Shown one piece after another: positions 34,290 to 47,059 of a stretch of 64,000 nt of DNA (position 1 is the stretch's first letter; each line of letters begins with the position of its first letter). Location: NCBI GenBank assembly GCA_977017645.1, contig OZ360234.1, positions 28,148,001 to 28,212,000 on the forward strand, given 5' to 3'. The position numbers and the translations under genes are program-made. Origin of the DNA: Torpedo marmorata. Its lineage: Eukaryota. The notes beneath the pieces were generated by a model that ran no database searches, was not told the origin of the DNA, and was given only the letters and a program-made list of their open reading frames with translations.

Positions 34290-37200
34290 CAATATATTTT
34301 TTAAAAACTTAACTTTTATTTCCATATGCAGTCATATCATGTGAGCATACAAACAAAATACATAAATCACATAACAGATGTATACAGCACATCAATCTAT
34401 CTTATTCGAGTTCTGTTCATAGAGGCATCACAGATTTAGGCACCCAATTAACCTCATTCTAACCAATATGCAGTCACCTATATATTTAACCATACACTTC
34501 TTCATTTGCCCATTTTGACACTTTCGAGCTTAAAGAGGAGAGGATCAGACTAGATCTTATTGAGTTTATCACTGTGTCATCACTATATATGCACTTGTAT
34601 ACAATCACAATCTCATCTGTATACATTACTCCAATTACATGTAGAGTGCACCGGTCAAACTCCTCCCCACCACTGAGATTACGGAGAGGATATATCCTTA
34701 ATCAATCTCGGTAACTAGTATTACCGATAACCACTTGATGCTGAAAACGTCAGTCCTCAGTTGGAGTTTAGCTGTTATGCTTCCCATCAAATGTACACTT
34801 TTTAATCTTTCCCTCCATTGTTGGACAGTTGGTGGTTTTACATTTCTCCATAATACTGTAATCATCTTCTTTGCGATCAACAGCAACACCCCAAGTAAAC
34901 ATGCCTGGTTTTTGGTATCTATATCCTCTGGAGTCACTCCCAATATAAAATATGCTGCTCCAAATGTAGGTCTACCCCATGATTTGCTTAATTTCCACCT
35001 GAACATCTCTCCAATATTGATGTAGTTTGGGACGGTCCCAAAAAATATGGGTATGATCGCCAATCTTCCCGCATTCTCTCCAGCATAATTCTGAGGTGCT
35101 GCTGTATCTCGCCAACACATGAGGAGTCTTAAATACTCTCATTTTAATTTTCCATTCAAACTCCCTCCAGGTAGGGCTACTTGTTTACTTGTGACCATCA
35201 AGGCATGTCTTTTCCCACATTTCATCTGTAATACAAATATTCATTTCTAATTCCCATTTCTGTTTTATTTCCATAGTGTTTCCTGTTATGTTATGTTGAA
35301 GCCATCTGTATAAGTGAGCTATCAGGTTCTTCTTTATCACTCTCTCCATAGTCAGCATGAAAATCTTTTCTAGGGTAGGTGGTATTTTACATATCTGCTC
35401 CCAATCTGCATGTGTCTGTAAGTAGTGCTGTAGCGCGCTGCGGCTGTGTCAAAAGGATCACACACACACGAGGTGAGTACAAGCGAGTCTGGTTTATTAG
35501 GGCTTTGGCTCTGCTTTATATAGGGCCAGCAGGCCCGGAGAAACCCGCCTCTTCTGGCGGAGATGACGTCACTGATGGGCCGGCCGCTGATTGGTCAGTT
35601 TTCCCGCCGGTGCTCGTCGTTTCCCGCTGGTCGACTGGAGCTGCTGCAAGAAAGGTAATTTAGTCCATGTGGCCCTGGCGCGATCGCTGAGTTTGACAGC
35701 CATTTTGTGTGGCGGGTCGCTGATTGGCTTGCGAGCCGCTACACGACCCCCGCCCCCCCAGAAACGGCAATCGTGGCGGTGTCCCGTGCTTTCGGCGGCC
35801 TGCCTCTGCGCCGTGGGGCTGGTGTGATGACCGGTTGGCTGGCGTCGATGTGTGCTGGCTTAAGGCGGACGATTGTGAATGTCTCTTCCTTGCCTCCGAT
35901 GTCCAGCACACATGTGGATCCGTTGTGCCGGATCACCTTGTAGGGCCCCTCATAAGGTCGTTGCAGCGGCGGCCGATGTGCTCCTCGTCGCACGAAAACG
36001 AACCTGCAGTTGAGTAGGTCCTTGGGCACATGTGTCTTCGGGTGGCCGTACGGTGTGGGTTGTGATGGGGCCCAGTGTCCCCAGCCGCTCTCGGAGCCTT
36101 TCAAGAGCTGCCGCCAGTGTGTCGTCTGTGTTTCTGGCGGCGGCCAAGAACTCACCGGTGATAACCAGGGGTGCGCCGTACACCAACTCTGCTGCTGAGG
36201 TATCGAGGTCCTCTTTGGGCGCCGTTTGGATTCCCAGTAGTACCCACGGTAGTTCGTCAGTCCAGTGCGGACCTTTGAGGCGGGCCATCAGGGCTGCCTT
36301 CAGGTGCCGGTGGAACCGCTCCACCAGTCCGTTGGCCTGGGGGTGGTAAGCCGTGGTGTGGTGGAGCTGGGTTCCCAAGAGGTTAGCCATGGCTGTCCAG
36401 AGTCCCGAAGTGAACTGCGCACCCCTGTCGGATGTCAGGTGTTCCGGGACTCCGAATCGAGCCACCTGTGTGTCAATGAGGGCTCTGGCACAGGTCCCCG
36501 TTGAGGTCTCTGCCAACGGAACCGCTTCCGGCCACCTCGTTAGGCGGTCTACCATTGTCAGTAGGTACTGCGCCCCTCTCGATACCGGCAGGGGGCCCAC
36601 GATGTCGACGTGGACATGGCTGAACCTCCGCCGTGCCGGCTCGAATGATTGGGGGAAGGGGGGGGGGCGCCTTGACATGCGTCTGTACCTTAGACGTCTG
36701 GCAGTGTGTGCAGGTTCTTGCCCACTGGCTGACTTGTTTTCGGAGACCGTGCCACACGAACGTGTTGGCTACCATCCTGACCATGGTCCTGATGGACAGG
36801 TGTGCCAGGTATGCACCGTGTCAAATGCTGGGCGGCTCCATGCCGCGGGGACGACAGGGCGGGGTTTACCTGTTGACATGTCACAGAGTAGCGTCTGGTT
36901 GCCGGGCCCAATGGCGATGTCTTCCAGTTTAAGTCTGGTCACCGCCGTTCTGTACGTGGGGATCTCAGGGTCCTGCAGCTGTGCTTGGGCCAAAGCTGTG
37001 AAGTCGACCCCTTGGGACAGTGCCTGTATCGCCTGGATTGTAGGGCGTGATAAAGCGTCAGCCACCACATTAGTCTTTCCGGCGATATGCTGAATATCCG
37101 TGGTGAACTCGGATATATAGGACAGGTGCCTTTGTTGCCTGGCCGACCACAGGTCCGACACCTTGATGAAGGTGAAGGTCAGTGGTTTGTGATCGGTGAA

Positions 37201-40200
37201 AATCGTGAACTGCCTGCCCTTTAGGAAGTATCGGAAGTGTCATACCGCTAGGTACAGGGCTAGCAGTTCCCGGTCGAAAGCACTGTACGTGAGCTCGGGT
37301 ACCTGCAGATGCCTGCTGAAGAAGGCTAAGGGCTGCCATTGCCCATCCACCAGTTGCTCAAGTACTCCCGCGACCGCTGTGTTGGAGGCGTCTGTCGTGA
37401 GGGCGGTCGGGGCGTCTGTCTGCGGATGCACCAGAAGCATGGCGTTGGCCAGGGCGTCTTTGGCCCTCTGGAACGGTTCCGAAGCTTCATTGTCCCACTC
37501 CAACTCTTTCTTCTTGCCAGCCATCAAGGCGAATAGCGGGCGCATAATGCGGGCTGCCGCCGGTATGAAACGGTGGTAAAAGTTGATCATACCGGCGAAC
37601 TCTTGGAGGCCCTTCACCGTGTGTGGCTTGGTGAAGCGCCTGACAGCCTCTACCTTCTCAGGTAGCGGTGTCGCCCCGTGTCTGTTAATCCTGTGGCCCA
37701 GGAAGTCGATAGTTTCTAGCCCGAACTGGCACTTGGTCGGATTGATGGTCAGGCCAAAGTCTCTGAGGCGGGAGCACAGCTGCCGTATGTGCGCCGCATG
37801 TTTTTCGCGATTGCGGCTAGCCACCAGTATGTCATTGAGGTAGATGAATACGAAATCGAGGTCCCGGCCCACCCTGTCCATCAACCTCTGGAACGTTTGA
37901 GCCGCGTTTTTTAGCCTGAAAGGCATCCTTAGGAACTCAAACAAACCAAAGGGGGTTATGATGGCGGTTTTAGCTACGTCCTCGGGGTGGACCGGGATCT
38001 GGTGGAAGCCTCTGATGAGGTCAACCTTGGAGAAGACCCGTGCCCCCTGTAAGTTTGCGGTGAAGTCCTGTATGTGGGGCACAGGGTATTGGTCTGGCGT
38101 GGTTGCCTCGTTCAGGCACCGGTAGTCCCCGCACGGTCTCCACCCCCCTGCCGCTTTTGGCACCATGTGTAGGAGGGATGCCCAGGGGCTGTCGGACCTG
38201 CACACGATCCCCAGTTCCACCATCTTCTTGAACTCCTCTTTCGCTAAGCTCAGCTTTTCGGGGGGGAGGCGGCGTGCCCTAGCGGGGAGGGCCCTCAGTA
38301 AGGATGTGGTGTTGCACCCCATGTTTGGGCCCGGCAGAGGTGAACTATGGTACCGCGATGGATGGGAATTTGGCAAGGATTCGCGAGAACTCGTTGCAGT
38401 TGGCGGTGACGGAATGGAGGTGAGGGGCGGTAACTTGGCTTTCCCCAGGGGGAAAGACTGGAAGGTTTTAGCGTGGACCAGCCTTCGCCCTTTGAGATCC
38501 ACTGGCAGGCAATGTGCCCTGAGGAAATCCGCCCCCAGGAGTGGTTGTTCCACTGCGGCGAGTGTAAATGTCCAGGTGAATCGGCTGTCGCCGAAACAGA
38601 GTGGCACAGTACGCGTGCCGAATGTCCTTATGGTGGAGCAATTCACCACGTAGTTGTACCACGTGGTGTTGGAGGAGATCTGTCGGATCTGGAATTGTGC
38701 CTTGGCTTGCTCGAACCAGACCTGTGGCTGTGTTGTCCAGAAGGTCGGTAGCTTCAGGGCGACCACATGGATGCTTGCCTGGTCCATCATCGTTGGGTCC
38801 AAAAACGCCATTCAGACCCGTCGGGGTCACCAATGTAGTGCGCTGCTGCTGCATCAAAAGGATCACACACACACACGAGGTGAGTACAAGCGAGTCTGGT
38901 TTATTAGGGCTCTGGCTCTGCCTTACATAGGGCCAGCAGGCCCAGAGAAACCCGCCTTTTCCAGCGGAGATGACGTCACCGGCGGGCCGGCCGCTGATTG
39001 GTTGGTTTTCCCACCGGTCGACTGGAGCTGCTGCAAGAAAGGCCATTGAGTCCATGTGGCCCTGGCGCGATCGCCCATTTCGACCACCATTTTGTGCGGT
39101 GGGTCGCTGATTGGCTCGCGGGCCTCTACAGTGCCGCCCTCTACATCATCCGCAAATAGGGATATCTTATGTTCCACCCCTCTGTCGTCTTTTATACCCT
39201 TTATATAACCATCTTGCCTAATAATTTCAGCAAGCGGTTCTAAGCATATATGGAAGAGCAGGGGACTCAAACTGTCTCCTTGCCTAACTCCACGTTTTAA
39301 CCTGAAAAACCGAGAGCAACATCCATTCACCCTCACTCTTGACCTTGGGTTTAAATATAATACTTTCACCCAATTTATAAATTTCGGGTGAAACCCCATC
39401 TTATCTAATGTATGGTTGAGATAGACCCCGTCAACTCTATCTAAAGCCTTTTGCGCGTCTAAACTTAGTATCATAGTCTGATGTTTCTTTTTTGCACATG
39501 ACATAACGTTAAGAACACGCCTGATGTTATTGGCTCCCTGTCTACCAGGTATAAATCCTGTTTGATCAGGGTGTATCAACTGTGTTATAACCTTTTGAAT
39601 TCTCTTTGTTAGTATAGCGCTAAGTATCAGTCTATAACCTTCACACTTAGTGGGGTCTTTCCCATCCTTATGAATAACGGAGATTATAGCCTCTGCCCAA
39701 AATTTAGGAGTATTTCCTTCCGATAGGACATAATTATAATCCTTAGCCAGAATCGGGGAGAGCTCCTCCCTATAACACTTGTAGAATTCTCCCAGAATCC
39801 CATCAGGACTTATTATTCTTTAGTTTATTAATAACTTCCTTTATTTCCTGTTATTTTATATATGCTGTCATTTTTACTGCTTCTTCTTGGGAAAGGGAGG
39901 GTAGGTTTAATCTAGAAAAGAATGTTCTTATCTTCCTCTCTTTGTCTATAATTTCAGGAGAGTCATATAGTTCTTCATAAAAGGATGCAAATGCTTCTGC
40001 TATTTCTTTTGGTTGTAAAACTAACTTCCTTGAGGCCGGGTGAAAGACTTTGGAGACACTCGATGAGCTTGCTCTTTACGCAGCTGAAATGCCAAGAGGC
40101 GACTCGCTCTGTTTCCCTTCTCATAATATTTTTGATTTGAAAATCTCAGGGCCCCTTCAGCTTTGTTTGTCAAGAGCTCCTCTAATTTGTGTCTTTTTTG

Positions 40201-40800
40201 TCTTAATTCATTTAGGAGTTCTTTATTTTTATTGTTATTTTTTATGTACTGACTCTTGTACCTTTATTTTACTTTCCAGGTCGGATTGCTTCTTCAACCT
40301 GTTCTTTCTTATTCTACTTGATATTTCAATCATTTTACCCCTTATTATTGCTTTAGCGGCATCCCCCAAGATGGAAGGTGTAACTTCACCATTATCATTG
40401 ATATCAAAATACCCCTCCATACACTGTTTAATTTCCTGAGTCAGTAAAGGGTCAGTCAATAGAGAAATGTTTGCTCTCCAATATTTAAAACACTTTTCTA
40501 TTTCTTAATCCAGGGTGAGGATTATAGGTTCATGGTCACTGATTGTTATTGAGTCTATTTTACAATCTACTACTTCATACATATATTGTTTAGGAACACA
40601 AAACATATCTATGCGTGAATAACTCCCATGTACGTTTGAGAAGAAACTAAAATCCCTCCCCTTTGGGTTTCTGTGTCTCCATGGGTCTACACCCCAGCTC
40701 TCCTAACATGTTATTCCATGTTTTAGATCTTTTTGATTGCTTGTGTACTATCGGTGATCTATCCAGCCTCCCACCCAGAACAGTGTTAAAGTCTCCAACG
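34290..40800 (-). mobile_element. L1/Tx1-clade LINE ORF2, degraded and interrupted by the Gypsy element
   Basis: IHPDQTGFIPGRQ, LSLDAQKALDRV, GVRQGDSLSPLLF, KISLFADD and C-terminal CWR..LLLIAKKMITVLW. Minus-strand AATAAA near 34315. Confidence 0.85.
35429..39130 (-). mobile_element. Ty3/Gypsy LTR retrotransposon, both LTRs present, internally deleted and non-autonomous
   Basis: LTRs 38834-39130 and 35429-35743 (TG..CA) with TSD gtgc. PBS tggtgaccccgacg (tRNA-Trp type) and polypurine-type tract tctggggggcggggg. gag start (KLPTFW..PQVWF), RT (YLND), RNase H (TDAS), integrase (HVDIVGPLP, ERFHR, YEGPY), with frameshifts. Confidence 0.95.
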
Positions 40801-40975
40801 CAGTGGCGTAGCTAGAGGGGGGGGGGGGGTGCAGGGGGAGCACATTCTTCAAAAGTGCTGCCTTTTTGAACTGTGTGCTCACTGCTCCTGTGATGCGCTG
40901 GTGGGATCACAGGAGACTGAGCATGAGCACACAGTTCAAAAAGGCACCACTTTTGAAGAATGTGCTCAGGGGAGC
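40801..40975. repeat. hAT-like terminus followed by a 130-bp hairpin
   Basis: cagtggcgtagctag end, then a G-run. 40838-40881 pairs with 40924-40967 (43/44), with an inner stem ctcctgtgat/atcacaggag. Confidence 0.75.
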
Positions 40976-41106
40976 AGTCTGGCCACTGGCATCTGGGGAG
41001 GAATAGCTCCGAAGGTATTTATTTCTCCTTGGCTTTCAAAATTATAATAAGTTAGTGATAAATACAAAATAAAAATGTATAATGAATTTAAAATTATTTG
41101 GTATGC

Positions 41107-41820
41107 GTTTCTTGGTGTGCACTTGGCAGAAAATCTCACCTGGTCCCTCAACACCAGTTCCAAAGCCAAGAAAGCCCAGCAGCGCCTCTACTTCCTGCGA
41201 AGGCTGAGGAAAGTTCATCTCCCACCCTCCATCCTTACTACATTCTGCAGGGGATGTATTGAGAGTATTCTGAGCAATTGCATCACCACTTGGTTTGGAA
41301 ACTGTACCATCTCAGATCGTAAGACCCTGCAGAGGATAGTGGGGTCAGCGGAGAAAATTATTGGGGTCTCTCTTCCTACCATGACGGACATCTACAACAC
41401 ACGATGCATGCGAAAGGCAAATAACAATGTGAAGGACTTCTCACACCCCTCTTGTAAACTTTTCTCCCTTCTGCCATCTGGAAGGAGGTACCGAAGCACT
41501 CGGGCCCACACGTCCAGATTGTGCAACAGTTTTTCCCCCCAAGCCATCAGGCTCCTCAATTTTTAGAAATATATGTGTAATAGAAAATCATAGATTTTTA
41601 AAATTGTATTATGACTTAATATTTAACTTCTATTTATGTAAATTTGCTCTATGGTCCTGGAGAAACACTATCTTGTCTTTACTGTGCATTGCATTAGTAG
41701 TTATGGTTTAAAAAAAAAAGATAAAGGTTCCATTATTGTCACGTAATACTACATTTAGAATGTAACATACATGAAATTGTTTCATTTTTGTCTATGAACG
41801 ACAAATAAAGGTGACTTGAC
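41107..41820 (+). mobile_element. Rex1/Babar-type LINE 3' fragment
   Basis: [43 protein letters not shown]; tail aaataaaggtgacttgac. Confidence 0.85.
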
Positions 41821-42358
41821 CGCCGTCGTGTGGGGGATGGTGGGGTGCCTTCTCCATCTGCCCCCGTTCGTCACTCCCTCCCCTTCCTCCGCCCTCATTA
41901 GCCCTACGTCGGCTCATCACACTCAATTAATCATTAATACTTGAATTATCACATATGCCTTGGTATTTATTTTATATACGGCTGGTTTAAAAGAGGGTTT
42001 CTCGACGAGCAAGTCGACTACACAGCTACTGCTTTCATGATGTCACCGGAAGTCAACAATATTCTTATGAATGAAAATTCTTATTTTCTTTCAGAATGTA
42101 ATTATTGTTAGAACTATCGTTTTTCCCCATCTCTTTTCTAAAATCCTCAACTTTCTTTCCCTATTTTTTTGTACATGAATTCTTATTTCCCTGTGTTCTT
42201 TGTAAATTTATGTACACAAATAATAACTTGAATATTCTAACATTTATTTCCTGCTTTAGACTATTTTCCTGCTTTAGACTATTGGTATGTAAGTATTCTC
42301 AATCTGATTATGCAGACATCTGTATTGCCTCTTGCCCTGCTTACAATACCACACATTC

Positions 42359-42372
42359 CCAGTAGAGGGTGC
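42359..42372 (+). promoter_or_regulatory. CTCF-like motif in the AKAP4-like intron
   Basis: ccagtagagggtgc matches 13 of 14 positions of CCASYAGRKGGCRS. Motif match only. Confidence 0.3.
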
Positions 42373-43174
42373 CGTACTGGAAATGATCACAAAGTGCAGC
42401 TCAAAGGGACACAAAATATCTCTGGACAGCTGAAGGAGCCGTGAACAGTGAGTGCATGTGTATACCTCTCTGTGCTCAGGCACCAACTGCAAATTGCTAG
42501 TCATTGTGTATTATTTTTTTTGAAACTCCGTCAATTGCCAGACAGATCGAGCTTTGCTGCTAATGTGAGAAACAATAGGGAAAACAATCAACATTTCTCA
42601 ATGTTTATTGCACTTCCTTTAGTTAAAAGCAACTGCTATGTTCAAAAAATCCACCAAAAGGTTCAGATTAAATCTTGCCAGTTGGTTGAATCATTTGAAT
42701 CCTTTGATTAGATTACAACCTTCCACCCCAACCCCATCTGGTTCCATTATGCAAATTAATTCTCTAATTGACAAGGGTCATGGATGAAAATAGAAGCTTT
42801 CCCAGTTGCTTCGTAAACCAATTGAAACATTGTGGAAGTTTTCAAACCTAACCATGATAATTTAGTGGGGCAATCTGGTTGAAATAAAGAGCATCTGAAA
42901 CAGTGAATGAAATTTATTCAACCATTGGTATCCTCAATCTGGTTAAGAAATTAATTCAACTGAACCAGTTTTGCTGGATTCTTTTTAACATTTACAAGAA
43001 ACAATTAGACACAAGATCCAATTTGAAATTGCATCTTCAATGGCTCCCTAAAGATTCACTGCAAGAAAAAAAAGAACAATTGTATTACAATTTAAATGTC
43101 CAGTTTAACATTTTGGTTTCAATTGGCTGCAATGGGAGTAATTATTTTTAATTTTAAGTGGCAGCACCATAAAG

Positions 43175-43530
43175 ACTGTTCTCGCTGCTGCCACCAGGAA
43201 AGAGGTATAGGTGCTATAAGACTCATACCACCAGGTTCAGGAACAGTTGCTACCTCTCCACAATCAGACTCCTAAACAACAAAACTCAATTGGAGACTCA
43301 TTTAAGGACTCTTACTTTGCACATTTATTATTGAATATTTATTTTCTATTTTGCACAGTTTGTTTAAATGTATCTTTGTTTACATTTCTCTTTCGCACAC
43401 ATCTTTTCTTGAGTACAGTTTTTTTTTTGCATTACCGATAGGTAGAAATTCTGCCTGGCCCGCACGAAAAAGAATCTCAGGTTTGTATGTGATGTCATGT
43501 ATGTTCTCTGACAATAAATCTGAACTTTGA
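43175..43530 (+). mobile_element. Rex1-type LINE 3' end
   Basis: Reverse complement of 11918-12270 (ctgttctcgctgctgcca..aataaatctgaa). Confidence 0.8.
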
Positions 43531-44255
43531 ACTTTAATGGTGCTGGATTACTTGGTGACTCTTTGTTTGCCTTTACAGGGCAAACAAAGGAAAGATTTTG
43601 TATGTACCTTGCAAACACGACTATAAGCTGAATCCCACTATTTTTGAACTGTCGCAATCCCTGTGGTGAAGGTATTCACAGGGTAGTTTTTTTTTAGGTT
43701 TGGTCTTCCATGCATCAGACCCACTGGAGAAGGGAGGGGGGTACATTTCCAATTGAAGAAGTTCCAGAGGATGGCACACTTCTCTAAGGCCATGAGGGAT
43801 GGACAATAAATTCTGGGTCGTCAGCAGCGCCCATGTTCCAGGAATGAAGAAAAAGCTCTTGCATTTCTTGGTGATGGAGGTTGTGGGTTTGGAAAATGCT
43901 GTAAAAGGAGCCTTGACAAGACACAGCAATGCAATTTGTAAATGATATCCACTGTCGACAAAGTGGGTGGTTAGGAGGAAAGTGGGGGGGGGTGAACGAG
44001 GATCTAAAATTTAGCATTGTGGATTAGATAACCATGAAAGAAACATTCTTGTGAACCACAGGTTCAACATGTTTTGCCAAGAACAGGAGAAATTCCAGAC
44101 CAGATCGAAACTTCTTTCAACTTAAAAGTATTAACAATAGGAGGAACTACAAATTAGAAAATGGCTCTCTCATTTGAAGCAAATCACATTGCAAATAGCA
44201 GAATAATTTAATACTCCTGTAACGACAGAGGCTTTATAATGGCTTTGTGCTTTAC

Positions 44256-44387
44256 CTGTAACTCATCTGTGGGCACCTCAGAATGCTGCTGTAGGCCTTT
44301 GATTAAAATGACATCGTCTTCTTTTAGATGATGCACTTGGATAGATTCTATCAGCTCATAGAGCTGAGGATAAGTAGCAGTCACTTC
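44256..44387 (-). CDS. akap4: AKAP4/AKAP3-like exon: EVTATYPQLYELIESIQVHHLKEDDVILIKGLQQHSEVPTDELQ
   Basis: Acceptor ctttttcaactag, donor CAG|gtaaag, 132 bp, phase 0. L.E..VI.IK resembles AKAP4 LEEKEIIVIK and AKAP11 LNENEIICMK. Confidence 0.8.
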
Positions 44388-45949
44388 CTAGTTGAAAAAG
44401 TACAAAGCAAGATAAGCTGGTCTGTGCACCAAGAAAATAACAGAAAGATAGTCACAAGAGAAGGTTCATGTGAAAGGTTGGGATAGAAATATGGTTTTTA
44501 TTTCATTTTGATGCACATTTCCCATTTTATAATTGACAGACTGAACATTAAAAGAGAACTCTTACTTTTAAACCTCTTCCCATAACATCCTGACATTCAA
44601 ACGTGTCACACAATCAATCACATAGTTTTGAAGTGTAGTTAACCAATGTAGGAAACCTGCCAATCCATTTGTGCACAGGAAAATAATGTTTTTGCAGAGG
44701 TTTGGCTGCAAGATAATTATTGGCTAGGACACCAGTTCCCTTTACCTACTCTTTTTCAAACAGTGTTTCAGCTTAATATCTGAAGGGTAATCTTTCCCAG
44801 TGCCATACTCTCTCCTATAATTTACTGATTTGTGTACGTTAATCCACAGACTTCAGAACGAGTGCAAAGCCAAGTCCAGGCTGTCATCTTTACAGATGAA
44901 CAGTTCAAAATACAGTTCTTCTGTGCTACATATTTATTTTATTGTAATTTTGAGTTGTGATCAGATTTCAGATTTTCCATTTTGAAGGAACACCCTTGAT
45001 CTTTAGGCACAATTAAATTCTTCCTTTCAGGCAATCACTTGGATCAAGAATGACTTTCCAGTGTTGTGGGTTTGGAGGTGGCCAATGAGGGCAGTGAGAG
45101 GACTGTAGAGTCTTCGACAATGGGCAGGAGATGGATGTCAGGGCAGGCAGGTGAAGTGGTGCACTCTCTCTGCCTCTTGCACAGGGTTAGTTTGTGCTCC
45201 CAGTGCACGGACACAATCTTCTCAATACTTTCCTGACTGTTCCTTCCCTACTTTGAGTGGTCATAGGCCAGGGATTCCCAGGAGTTCATGGGTTTTCATT
45301 TTTACATAGAAGCTTTGAGGCCATCCTCGTCTTTTCCTTTGTCCCCCAAGACCCATCTTCCTGAGGCAGCTTGCCGACTGCACCGAGGTCATGTGCACAG
45401 TGAAACACAGAATGGCTATCGAAACAACAAGTAGGACACTGAAGCAGGCAACTCAAAACCACGCAAACCACTGCAAGGAGATTTTAAATGGTGTCAGGTG
45501 AATGGAGAGTAGGGTGGAGGTGTAGGCTGAAAAATATGTCCATGTCTATCCAAACAAATGATGAATGAGAAATGACTGGCTTCTATTAATATTGAAGCCT
45601 CTTCAAGCAGTCTTTTGTGCAATATCCCACTTATGGTGTGTAGGAGACCATTTAGCCCATCAAGTCTATGCCATCTCTTAAAACAATCATACAAATTCTT
45701 TCCCCTACTTGTTCCCCTGTGACCCATTTCATTAGCAACCCACAATTATCTCATGAGCCACCTACACTAATCTGCAGAAGGCACTTCACCAACCAGTGGG
45801 TACTGGCTGCCTATCTATCCTTGATCCTTCGCTGTTTGTGGGGTGGAGCTTTTGGATGTAGATTGTCTAGATAGCACTGAGGAAACAGTGAGTCACACAG
45901 CCATCAGCTTCCTGCAGTGTTCCTGCCCACAACCTGTTCTTTTTAGATT

Positions 45950-46650
45950 ATGCGTTTTCTGCTGGACGTCAGCCTTCAGGTGGCTGTATGCATGTGTGCA
46001 GGTATAATATCTGGCATCCTTGTATATGGCCATCATTAGTATCATGCAGTGGAGTCTGATCCCTGTCGTCTTGGCTTTCTGTTGGCACTAGCTCATAAGC
46101 TTGCTTGGTTTGTCAAATCTCTGTGGATATTGCTGTGCCATGTTTATGCCATGTCTAAAGAAACCACACATTTGCAACTTCCATCCCACAATGCGAGCTT
46201 TAGAATCTGAAATATCAGAATCTTTGTGGACAATCCCAACAGGCACACATCTGAATAATGATCTGCTATCATCACAAAGGAACTCAGAATCTGCTATACT
46301 GACATTGTTGCTTTGAATGAGACATGATGGACAGGTGCTCAAAAACAAGGCAGTGTGCATGCCTTCTTCCAGAGGGCAACTAGAAGTCTTCAAGAATGAT
46401 CTTTACCATTAAGAATAACCTGGTCTTGTATCTCAATGACTCCCCAGTGAAAGTGGTAAATGCCTGTGAGTCTTTGGCTTATTCTAACATGGAAACATGC
46501 TATTGTTATCAGTGCTTACATCTCAATCGTGGAAGCTATGAATGAAGCCAAAAAGGACTTTTTAAGACCTTGAAAAAAAAAACAACTTTGGTCCACGTTA
46601 CAGATAGAAACAAACAGATTTTCCAAAGCGACTCAAATAGTGGTTCCCAG
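45950..46650 (+). mobile_element. degraded RTE-clade LINE (endonuclease region)
   Basis: Remnant ..KELRICYTDIVALNET*W.. and IVISAY..EAKKDF, RTE-type APE motifs. Confidence 0.55.
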
Positions 46651-46745
46651 ACACAGCTTTAATTATGCAGCACTTTCCACAGGCTTTATTTTTCCTGATG
46701 GATGGATGTGGTAATGAAGAGTTCATAAGCATCCTAGTCACTTAC

Positions 46746-46841
46746 TTCCGTGACGGGCACTGGAATTTGTTGCTCACGGTTTTCAATCACAACATGACAC
46801 AATTTCTTGGTGCTTTGCAGCCAGTCAGTTAGATCTGACAT
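46746..46841 (-). CDS. akap4: AKAP4/AKAP3-like first identifiable coding exon: MSDLTDWLQSTKKLCHVVIENREQQIPVPVTE
   Basis: Acceptor cctttcttcctcag, donor GAA|gtaagt, 96 bp. Resembles AKAP4 MSDDIDWLRSHRGVCKV and AKAP3 MSEKVDWLQSQNGVCKV (recalled). An upstream exon must exist. Confidence 0.85.
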
Positions 46842-47059
46842 CTGAGGAAGAAAGGTACACAAAAGACAAAAAAAGTCAAGAGATATAGAACAAAAATCTT
46901 CAATTGCTCCCGAACAGCAGAACCAGTCGAGTCATTCACATTACTGGATCTAGAGACACAAATATGTCAGATGAGTCCAGGATTGCACCAAAAGATCTTA
47001 GTGAACCAGATGGGTTTTAACAGTTGTTGCCTATACCGACAGTAGCTTCTGTTTTTAGT

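Noticed and set aside
35591-39049. Many overlapping plus-strand ORFs
   Set aside because: Antisense frames of the GC-rich Gypsy element.
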